Part shown: positions 51,101 through 63,100 of the stretch, in pieces
Position numbering within the stretch: the first letter of the stretch is position 1
Layout of the letters: each line of letters opens with the position of its first letter
Assembly: GCA_963924565.1 (NCBI GenBank)
Contig: OZ004614.1
Span: forward strand, 26,474,001 to 26,538,000
DNA: 64,000 nt
Source of the DNA: Ascidiella aspersa
Lineage: Eukaryota
Direction of reading: 5' to 3'
Notes under the pieces: generated by a model
What the model was told of the DNA's origin: nothing
The model's input: only the letters and a program-made list of their open reading frames with translations
Database searches by the model: none
Position numbers and translations under genes: made by a program

Positions 51101-54100
51101 CTCGAAGTGTCTGGGAAGTAGAAGGTGATTATTGAGAGTCGGTTAAAGTGAGCCGAGCGTTCCGGGTAATAATGTGATTTCCCACCAAGCCATCAACTTG
51201 GATATATTTAGGCTAATACTTCATTTGCATATCTGTGCACGTCATCGAAACGTTTCCTGAGGTCTTTCAAGCGTCCCGTTATGACGTAACTTTGACGCCA
51301 TCTTAAAAAGTTCAAGCGTCCCGGTAAAAAAAAATAATTTCCTGCTTATTATAAGATTAAAGTAGAAGTAAAGATTGGGGTCGCAATTTCAATTCGGTTC
51401 ATGATTACTTTTGATTGGCGAGATCCAACTGAACATACAGAACCCCGGGAATGGCACTTCAACAAAAACACGTTTTCGTGATAATTGCATTAACGTCTAA
51501 CAGTGTTATTTGGAATGGTTATTGAAAACATATTGCGTGGGTTCATCCGCGTTCGTGAGTTCGAATCCCGCCAACACCACCAGTGCAAAGTATCTGTTGT
51601 GTTGTAGTGCATTGTGTTGCAGTGGAGTTTATGGCTTTCCAGTGAATGCGCCGACCTTATGCCAGTGAACCTGAAACTTCGAGGAATTTACGGCATATAC
51701 ACCTGAGGAAATCCCACCACAATAGTGTAAACGCAACAAGGTCGACCTTGCAATTCCATAAAAACGTAATTTCCTGCATTGGGTCGACGCTTGTATGTTT
51801 GCTGTAAATATTACAAACACTTTCCCACCCATGGGACCAATTAGAATCCCATAATCTATTTCTATTACGTTCTAAGTCAAGTTGCTCTTTCAACCTAATT
51901 TAGTGTTGCTACTTGGAAGTTGCGATAACGATGGATGGAAGCAACTTGACCGCAATGTTCCTTGGTATTAAGTGGCCGCTAAGTAAGAACTAAATTTAGT
52001 GGAAAGAATCCAAACAGGAAAAACGAAAATATTGAGTAAGACACGCCCAGCAGTTGGAAATTGTTGTATGATCTCACCTTTAACTGCGTTGAAGCTTGCG
52101 CCATTGACTTGCGTTGTTTTGACGAGGCTTCCTTTTGAGGCGGCGTTCCCGGCGAACGAATGCCCACATTGCCGCAGAATTAACAACACAACCACGATAA
52201 GTGGAGCTAGCCGCATCTTACTGGACGCAAAGTACTTGAATGTCATACAAGCGAGGTCTGAAGGTTATGCGAGGATAAACCACATTGGCTGGCTCAGTCA
52301 CATTTTTTTCTTGCCTTTGATATTCAAGAAAACCTCGGCCTTATCTGCCTCTAAACTTACATTACATCGAATATAATTTTGGAGGCTTCTCTTTTGAAAC
52401 AAACTAAATCTTTATTTGCTTTTCTGTCGGTAATTTTAAAATGTTTTTCCCATTTGATCTACATTGTGGGGAGAAAAAAAGAGTGTTTCCGTTAATTATT
52501 TTGTAAAACAGTCAAATAGTATTTGCGCGTTATTCTTGATTGTGAGTTAAAACGAGAAAACAGCTATCGAAGCGCAACGCCTGATTTTTCACTAAAGTAG
52601 TTGCTGACATCCGCTAAAAAAGAACACTTATTAAATAGTTAGGCTTTTATCTTGCTTATTTGGATATGATATGCACATACACGCCAGAAGCACTGTTGCT
52701 AAGTTGCAATTATAATGTATTCGTGTTCGTGACGCCCGTTTAGTGGAACGGAAGTGGTGGATCAATCGCTGCCTTCACATCTATTCGCCGTCTTACTTGG
52801 TGCTTGTCACATCGGGCAAATAGAGGAATGTCTCCAGCGTGGATTGCCAAATGTATGTTACACTACGGTTAACCCAAATACAGTAGGAATAATATGAAAG
52901 GCCATATAGATTCTATAGAACTATTGGTAACTTTTTTTACTACTGTGTTTGCTTTGATATTCTTACTACGTCCAACGAAAAATTCAGTCATTATGCTCCA
53001 AAGATAACTAATTACTTCATTAAACTAGGTGCAGTAAAACCAACTAAGCTTTCTTTGATAAATGTTTGTTAAAATACACTTGTGTAAGAATTGAATCCAC
53101 AAACTACAACCATCGTTCAACCATACCTAACGTTATGCCCCTATGTATACTTGGTATAGCACGTTACTGCTCAATAAGCTCGTTATACTGGGTTCTGCCA
53201 ACATGAACATGCACCAGCAGCTCCCAAGATACCTCTGCTACTTACAAACGCGCACGATTCAACCTTCAAGCAAATGTTACTTTCCCGCAGCCTGAGTGTA
53301 GCGATCCCCACTAAGTTACATCTGCTTCGAACAAAGTTAAAACGTGTTGCAAGTGGCACGAACTGTCCGCCCTGTTAAGGCGCACCGGGGTTCTCGGGAA
53401 AATCGTTACTTTCAAGTCACGTTTTACATAAATTCGCTGCAAATGTGCTAAGATGCCTTGCAACAACCGAACACCAAATCAACATCACTTTGCTTTGTTG
53501 GCGTTTCCCACAAAGCGTTACTTCCCCTCGTCTACCAGTCTGTCATCTCAACGCACCATTAATACTTCACGCGACCCACGAATATATGCGACCCGTGGAA
53601 ATATGCGAGCCGTGAAAATATGCGAGTCAAGTTTGTTTTTGCAGCGAGTGAAAGTTACAACTTTCTGTTTTATTTGTTCACTGACGGACTTTACTTTGCT
53701 GTGATATCTACGGTGAGCAAGCTGAGCATTCGTTGTTTGGTGGAAAACCTTAAAGATCTATTTGTATAAGGCCTTGACCTCATTAATATTGCAACACAAG
53801 GATCACACAACCGCGCATTTTCACGTTTATAGCGCACTTAAGCATCTGAGTGTGATGCTGAAACCTCATTTGTGCGTTGAACCTGACTCACACATAAAAT
53901 TAAAAATATAAAGCACGTAAATCAACATTGAAAGCAAAACAACTTGAGCTCCAATATTCCAAATATGGTAAGTTTTAAATCTCCCGTTTAACCACAGTTG
54001 TGATATAGTTTAACCACAGTTGTGATATAGTTCTAACAATAAGCTTAATGCCTTTGATGCTTATCCGCTTGTGCTCGCTGCACAACTTCCCACACAAGGA

Positions 54101-57100
54101 TTGTTGTTCCTTTTCAAAAACCTCGACCGCTGTCCATCTGTTACGTCACTGACGTGCTTTTCCTCCCGTCTATTGTGACGTCCTCAATAAAGCGCTGGTC
54201 ACCTTCGACTTATTAAGGTGCTATAAATATGTTCGGCTATATTTAACACTGACCTGTTTGGTCTCGTCTAAATAGGTTTGTAAACAACCAATTGTCCACC
54301 TTTCAATTTACAATTGTTCGCTCTTTGTGACGTAGAAATGGCGCAATTTCAAAAGTAAACAAATTCGTTTCGTTTGGAATAGGGTAAACGCGCATAATAT
54401 TTAACGCAAATATTCTTTTTAGTAAATATAAATATACTTTTAAAGTTTCCGCATTTTTTCGCGCTATTAACTAACTACATTGTGACGCAACAACGTATAG
54501 AGCGCGAAACATCTGCTACAAGTTTTTCTAAGCGGCGTATTATTCCTAACTTCGCTGTATCATTAGGACGTGCGTACAAAGGGATAATTAGATAACTAAA
54601 TAGATTGTAACTTAATGTTGTTGCATTCAACTTTCAGCAGAAATGCCTCCCTACCCGCAAATGTATTGTTTAAACGAAACTGTTTCCTCTTTCAACCAAC
54701 GAACCCCGTTCATAATTAACCTTCTCGACCAACCAAACCGATTTTTCTTCACAGGTGGTCGGCGATCGGTTGGCCGAAGAAGTTGGAAGATCAGATGGAA
54801 GCTACTTACAGCACTTTGAACGAACTTGAGGAACATTTCCACAAACTACAGCTGGGAGACCAGAACAACTTCCAGGACAGATTGGACACTCTGCAGGTGG
54901 CACATGCGCCCAGCTACCAAACCTACACTACCCCCCTAACCAACCAATACTAACCCAGCTATCCAAATAGGCATAGGCAGAGTTAAACATTAGCGATATA
55001 CATTTGCTACTGATTACCAATTTATCGACTGATATGTTTGGTTGAGTTGTGTACTTTTACGTATTATATTTAGATGTTTGGTTGTGTAGAGCGTGTTTAT
55101 TGTGTTTAGATGCTTGTTGCTGGGTTCGCCGCCCACAACGAGATCAGCAAAGCTCACGAGGTTGCCAACGAAGTTCGTCGCATCAACAAACAACTCAAGG
55201 AATGCCAGGGACTTGCTCAGGTTTACAACCAGAGAGAGAGGTTATTCGGGATGCCGGTCACCAACGTAAGCTAACAACTATTTGTATTCCGCAGAATGCA
55301 ACACGTTTATGCATTGGGCGTTTTTTTTAATGTTTTCAGATAAACTTTTGTGTTATCGGTGTTATTTTACAAAGTACGTTTGACGCGCGTTGTTTTTCGA
55401 CTTTCAAGCTTCAATATTCCTGTTTTGTTATTTCCTCGGCTTTCGATTACACGAGCTATTGCGTGTGCATCCATCCATGACCGTTCCAATGCCGCAAAAA
55501 TTTGACAAAAACCTCGCAGTGTGACGTCATAGAGACAATCGCGCGTCGGCCGAAACTGCTTCGGTGAGCTTGAAACAACGAAGTTCAGCGTGGCATTAGT
55601 TGTTGCCTCGTAATGTAACTTGGTATTATAGTTGCCTTTTAGAATGTTATTTGATGTTCTAACATCGAGGTTACTTTTGATACGCCGTATGTTCTTTATA
55701 CCATAAGGTTGGTTTAACAAACGCAAAGCATAACTTGGACATTCCCTCACAAGTGTAAAGCATTGGGGAACAAAATGCACTTATGTGAGGCTCAGTGGCG
55801 CCATGTAGCGGCAGTCGTATAAATATTTTCCCACCGCGAGGTTTTTGTTGAGTCTTTTTCGAAATTCCTGATCCTTTCACGAGGCTTGTCGTTCTCGGGT
55901 TGGGGTTTTACCCATCGCTGCTTTGTTCACTCGTGCGTGAAGAAGGGTGACGTCACGTTATCCTAATGATGACGTAACTTGCCTCTTCTTGACGTTATGC
56001 TGTGTTACGACGTATGATGTTCACAGACGCAGATTGCAAATTTCACTTTTTCACGTCAACTAGTTGATAGTGACGCTGTCATCCCCATTTGTTCATTGTT
56101 CATGTTGCCAGGATTAATGATCGTGGTTATTCTCGAAAAACTATTATTCTCACCCCTTTACTTGAGATCGGTTTGTGACAGAAACCAATTTGTTCAGTCT
56201 GTCTCTAGCTCTCACAACTTTAACCCTTCGTTAAACTTGTGGCGTGTAGTTAAACATAGAAATGCATTCATTATCAACGTTTAACATTGTTTTGTTTTTT
56301 CTACATTCGTCATTTCACTCATAATCTTTTAGTTTCGTAGTTTCTGTAGTTTATTTCATTACGTCATCATCTCGTAACTACGTCATCGTTCTTTTTTACA
56401 CAAATCATCATCTACCCTGACTTCATCCATGTGACGTCATCCATCTTGACTTCATCCATGTGACGTCATCCATCCTGACTTCATCCATGTGACGTCATCC
56501 ATCCTGACTTCATCCATGTGACGTCATGCAATCGCGGTTGTGACGTGATACGTGGTGACAACAGTACGATAAGCTGAGCAAGTTGGTGAAAGACTTCCAA
56601 CCTTACCGTGACCTTTGGACGACAACTTCTGATTGGATGAGGTGGCACGAGTCATGGATGAATGACCCGCTGACGTCAATCGACGCCGAACAAATGGAGC
56701 GGAGCGTGAACGACAGCTTCAGAGTTCTTCACAAATGCGCCAAGCAGTTCAAGGAGATTCCTGGTAAGATTGAAATTATATTTAATTATTGCGAATATAT
56801 AAAAATTATCTTTTATATTTGTTTTACATGGAAAATAATGATGGTTTAATATTGTTAGACGTGTCATGAAGGTTTAATATTGTTAGGCGTGAACTACGTG
56901 TACTTAGAATTTTAGATTAAGAAGTGTCGGCTTTTTACTGTTAATGTGCAGTAGTTTTAGAGCTGCTTGTGTGTTAGGCGTGCAGCAAGTTGCCCTGCAA
57001 GTGAAGGGAGACGTGGATGGGTTCAAACCGTTCATCCCACTCATACAAGGATTGCGCAACCCTGGCATGAGGATAAGGCATTGGGACGCTCTCTCCAAGG

Positions 57101-60100
57101 AACTTGGGTTCTCCGTTCAACCAAAGGTATAAACATACCGTGTATAACTTGGCTGATAAATCAATTGTTAGGATCAAATGCTTTTCTAATTTTTTTCATC
57201 GATTAAATATCTCAAGTTTTATGTTGTTTCCAGCTTACAGATTATAATCAATACAGGTCCATGATACGATGCTGCATGACCAGGTTTATTGTTGCCTCTA
57301 AAATTATTATAACTATTTTTAAAACAAGTGTATTTTTTCTTTTTTCGTTTGACCAAACGTGACAAAACATTTTTAATTGTTTTTTTGGTACATTAAAACT
57401 AAATTAAAGCTAACAGCAATAATTTAATTGATGCAATTCTTTATGTTACTCTAAAACATTTTCCGTCTTTTATGTAAGTGATAAATCTCTATTTAGCAAG
57501 TTGTAATCTCCCTGTTGATAGTTGTTACTGAGTGAGTGCTGTGTTGTGTAGGCGGCCTTGACCTTCAGCAAGTGCCTTGAGATGAACTTGGCTGATCACA
57601 TCGACAAGATCGCCAAAGTTGCCGAAGTTGCTGGGAAGGAATTCAGTATCGAGCAAGCTCTTGACAAGATGGAGAAGGAATGGGAACCGATCAATTTCGA
57701 GGTAAACCTTCAACATCTTCTACTGATAAATCCTATATTACCTTTGAGGTAAATCAAGTGTTTAAGATGCATTTTTGTATTTATTTGTTTATTTCAGCTT
57801 TTCCCCATAAAATAAGGTTTACTGGGATCCCCACAACTATCATTTCTAGAATTGGCACATTCCTTCAATAACCTTGTACCAATTTTCAAGGTGAAATCTT
57901 ACAAAGAAACCGGAACTTTCATCATAAAATCACCGGAAGAAGCGTCACAGTTGCTTGATGACCACATTGTGATGACACAAACGATGTCCTTCTCCCCTTA
58001 CAAGAAACCTTTCGAGGAGAGGATTGCTACTTGGGAGAGCAAGCTGAGCATGACGCAGGTAAAAAGCATGAGTCAGCAATCACGGTTTACCAATTTTTTT
58101 GACGTCAATCTTTTGATTTAACTTGGCGATGTAATAACCTCTTGTGACACTCACAAGTCGGCGTACGAAAACATCCTCTTGTTAGGCGTAAATAAATTTG
58201 TCACGTACGTGCGGTATAAATAGACTTATTTAAGTAGTATAATCTAATATAATTATATATATGTTATGATTCAAAACAATTAGTTATGTGCATAGCTTAC
58301 TATTTTCTGTTGAACAGGACGTGTTGTTGTTTATAGGACGTGTTGTTATTGTATAGGACGTGTTGGACGAGTGGTTGGTTTGCCAGCGATCGTGGCTCTA
58401 CCTCGAACCCATATTCAGCTCGGAAGACATCAACCGTCAACTCCCGGTTGAAGGGAAGCGATACCAGACCATGGAGAGGATGTGGAGGAAGCTCATGAAG
58501 AACGCAAACGACAACACACAGGTGATCACGCGCTCATCACGCAGGTGATCACGCGCTCATCACGCAGGTGATCACGCGCTCATCACACAGAGATCACGCG
58601 CTCATCACGCAGGTGATCATGCGCTTATCACGCAGGTGATCATGCGCTCATCACGCAGGTGATCACGCGCTCATCACGCAGGTGATCACGCGCTCATCAC
58701 GCAGGTGATCACGCGCTCATCACGCAGGTGATCACGCGCTCATCACGCAGGTGATCACGCGCTCATCACGCAGGTGATCACGCGCTCATCACGCAGGTGA
58801 TCATGCGCTTATCACGCAGGTGATCAAGCGCTTATCACGCAGGTGATCACGCGCTCATCACGCAGGTGATCACGCGCTCATCACACAGGTGATCACGCGC
58901 TCATCACGCAGGTGATCACGCGCTCATCATGCAGGTGATCACGCGCTCATCACGCAGGTGATCACGCTCTCATCACGCAGGTGATCACGCGCTCATCACG
59001 CAGGTGATCACGCGCTCATCACGCAGGTGATCACGCGCTTATCACGCAGGTGATCATGCGCTCATCACGCAGGTGATCACGCGCTCATCACGCAGGTGAT
59101 CGCGCGCTCATCACACAGGTGATCACGCGCTCATCACACAGGTGATCACGCGCTCATCACACAGGTGATCACGCGCTCATCACACAGGTGATCACGCGCT
59201 TATCACGCAGGTGATCACGCGTTAGATAAACCTTAGCAATTTGTGTAGCATGTCTTGAGCACTATTGTATTATTATTGTCTCCCATGTGATGTAAATTTT
59301 GCCTACTTTTGTAACTTTTACAAGTGTTATCAACAATATCTGCGTATTTCGCTCTGTTTATGTGAAGTTTCCCAGTTTTAAGTAATCTTTTCTAAGGTGA
59401 TTTCGCTGTGTTCGGACGCTCGGCTCCTTGAGAGCTTGAAGGAGTGCAACAAATTGTTGGAGCAAGTTCAGAAAGGACTGAGCGAGTATTTGGAGACGAA
59501 GCGAGCCTCATTCCCCAGGTGAGCCATCCGCTGGTTTGATCCGTCTTCCTCATTTTACTTTGTTCATCCTTAACTTCCACCTTCCAGGTTTTACTTTCTT
59601 TCCGATGATGAGCTTCTTGAGATTCTGTCGCAGACCAAAGACCCGACCGCCGTCCAACCTCATCTCAGGAAGTGCTTCGAGAATATATTCAAGGTAATTT
59701 AACACAAGTTTGACGCCATGTTAGAAGGGCTGTGAAACGTTTAAAACTAATATTCAGTTGGCTTTGTTGGCTTTAAATTGATGTTTTGAAGTTGTTTTAT
59801 AACGTCTTTTTTATTCAAAGTTGATCTCAATGTGAAATAGTACAAATAGTGGGTTGCCAATCACTTCTAAGACGAACTGTATTTGACTCCTCAACACTTC
59901 TGAGTTTAATTTACTCCACATCTATCAACTCGCACATTTTGTTGTCAGATCAAGTTTGAGTCTGACATGAAGATGACGGAGATGATCTCGGGTGAGGGCG
60001 AGCATGTTGCCTTCAGCGAGGATCTTTATCCCACAGGGAACGTGGAGGACTGGCTTGGTGAGGTGGAGAGAGTGATGATGCAGAGTGTGAGGATGCAATG

Positions 60101-63100
60101 CGAGAATGCGGTCAGCGATTACCAGGAAACAGAGAGGACGGAGTGGGTGCTCAACTGGCCTGGTAAGTTCGCATTTTGCCTTGGCACAATTAACTCTGCT
60201 TTCCTGGTAAGTTAGGTGCATATTTGATTACCAACGTTAAACCTATGTTAAAATTTGGAAATCACTTGTAGGATAGTTTAATTTTATCAAACTTTTCGAA
60301 AACATTTTTAAGGCTAGACAAAATTCGAAGGTTTTAGAAATGTATGGTTTTGGCTTGGAACAGAGAGAGGCCTTTAGATATATATTTTTACTTATTCAAC
60401 CTTGTGAAATCAATCTTTAACTATCTTGCCATGAAATAGCACAAACTATACGGGGAAGGGGACATGTCAGTTGTTGCCACGGTTATCACCCCTCAACTGC
60501 ATTGTGTGGTGGCAGGCCAAGTGGTGATCGCGGTGTCGCAAGTTTACTGGGCCAAGATGGTCGAGGAGGCCATAGAGGCCGGGAAACTTCCCGAGCTGCA
60601 CCAGCGCCTCATCCAGATGTTGAACGACCTTGTCGGTTTGGTGAGAGGGAAGTTGACCGCTCTGGAGCGGATGATGATGTCAGCACTCATCGTTATCGAG
60701 GTTAGTACAAACCCCACACTGAGTTGCTTTGTTGTTCTAATTGTGACGTCACTGTAGGTGCACGCGCGCGATGTGGTCGGCAACTTGTGCGAGGAGAAAG
60801 TGAAAGGGGTGAACGACTTTGAGTGGATGAGCCAGCTCAGGTAAGTGGCAACCAACTTGATGTTGGATTGACCCATAGAGTTGTTGAACAACGTTGTACA
60901 TTGGATTGATTAATTTGCTCTTAGCTGCGAAACTGTAAACAGGATGCAATGTGGAATTATGTTGAATATTTGTTCCAGGTATTACTGGATGAACGGCAAC
61001 ATGTTTGTGAGGGCTGTCAACGCAGAGTTCCCTTACGGCTACGAATATTTGGGCAACACTGGACGTCTCGTCATCACTCCACTAACTGACAGGTAACAAC
61101 TCGAACAACGCTCACCCCAGACGCCACTTGACCCCCTACTTTCAACAACCCCCCTCTACTTTCCAGATGTTACCTGACCCTGACCGGCGCCCTGCATCTC
61201 AAGTTCGGGGGAGCCCCTGCAGGGCCAGCTGGCACCGGTAAGACGGAGACGACCAAGGACTTGGGCAAAGCGCTCGCCATCCAGACCGTGGTGTTCAACT
61301 GCTCCGACCAACTCGACTTCATGGCCATGGGAAAGTTCTTCAAGGGACTCGCGAGTTCGGGGGCTTGGGCTTGCTTCGACGAGTTCAACCGGATCGACAT
61401 CGAGGTGGGTCAGGGGGTCTTATTATGACGTCATAAACTAAGAGTGTGTTGTCACACAACCAGATGTAAATTTACTCGCTTTAAAGGCATTCACCGATGG
61501 GTGTGTAAGTATATTGTGTCGATTTGACGCCAAAGTATATTTTTGTGGTTAGAACAAAGTACGAATATGAAATGGCTTACATATGGCAGTGTTGTTCAAG
61601 TGTTCACATTACTTTTTGTTATGTTGGCTTGAATGTCTAGGTGCTTTCGGTGGTGGCGCAGCAGATAGCGACCATCCAGAACGCACAAAGCGCTCGTTTG
61701 GAGAGGTTCATGTTCGAGGGGGTTGAGATCGCGCTCAAGGCTTCTTGCGCTGTATTCATCACAATGAATCCGGGATACGCAGGTCGCACTGAGCTGCCAG
61801 ACAACCTCAAGGTGACACACAATACTTGGTGATCTGTAGGCTTTAAGCGAAACTTAATGCAATTGTAATTATAGCCCTGCTTGTTATGTCCATATAATCC
61901 CATTATTACAAAAACTTCATGTTAATTGACTCGTAGGAACTAAGGTTTGTTGTGTAAATAAATCCTCATCTGTTTATATTGTTCTGAGCAGGTCAACAAA
62001 TTCATTCAGTTGTGCCATGTTCACGTTGTTTGTTATGCAGACTTGCATTTCACCCACCAGTGGATTTGTACGTCCACGTTTCCCAACAATCCCAAACATT
62101 TTGTTCCTTGTTATTTTCACCAACAATTCCCTTTGTTCTTTAGGCTTTGTTCCGACCGGTTGCTATGATGGTCCCTGACTACGCTATGATTGCTGAGATC
62201 TCACTTTACAGTTTCGGCTTCAACGACGCAAAGGTAAGCAGCCAGGGGAAACAACTTGGGACTTTGAGGGGAAATCCCTCGACCTTGAGGGAAACAGTCT
62301 TGTGTCAGAATCATTAATATGAGTTCTTTATTTCGTACCAATTTAGAGATCTGATATTTTCATATTTTGAAACTATTTGTGCAAAATCAATTATAACCTC
62401 AGATTCTTGATAATAATATTAAGTAACAAATTACTTCAACGATAAGCATCCATGTTGTTCGGTTGTGGCTTCTCTGATGAATATTCTCTTTCAGCATCTT
62501 GCGAAGAAGATTACGACAACGTTTAAGCTTTCGTCGGAACAACTCAGTTCACAGGATCATTACGATTTCGGAATGAGAGCTGTCAAGACCGTCATTTCAG
62601 CAGCTGGTGAGCTTTATGTGATATTGGGTGTGCGCAACCAATGACAAAACTACACTAAGTTGTCGTCGGTGTTTCTCCAAAAGTTGCTTTTTTTAATTCG
62701 TAAAACTCCAGATGTTTAACGAAAAATTATTTTGTCGCAGCTTTGTGATCCAACCACTTCCAGTCATAGTCTTAATAAGAAACAACGTTAGATTCGCTCA
62801 TACGCCAGTGCATTGGATGTACTCTTAAAATCCCTTTCCATTGTTGCGCAATAATTACCACTTTTCGCGTTGTCCAGGCAACTTGAAGCGGGAGCATCCG
62901 GACATGGAGGAGGAGGTGATCTGCCTCCGCGCGATCCGCGATGTAAACGTCCCCAAGTTCCTCCTGGATGACCTCAAGCTCTTCCGAGGAATCGTGTCCG
63001 ATCTCTTCCCGAAGATCAAGGAGGAGGCGATCAACTACGGAGCTCTGATGGACTCCATCAAGGAAGCTTGCCCCAAGCTCGGAGTCCAGGAGGTCAATCT

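Noticed and set aside
43867-52246. Calling the nested gene a nicotinic alpha subunit or a definite HTR3A orthologue
   Set aside because: It has no vicinal Cys pair, and orthology needs a phylogeny I cannot run.
45722-59221. CRISPR-like regular repeats
   Set aside because: Units are head-to-tail without unique spacers, there are no cas genes, and the context is eukaryotic.
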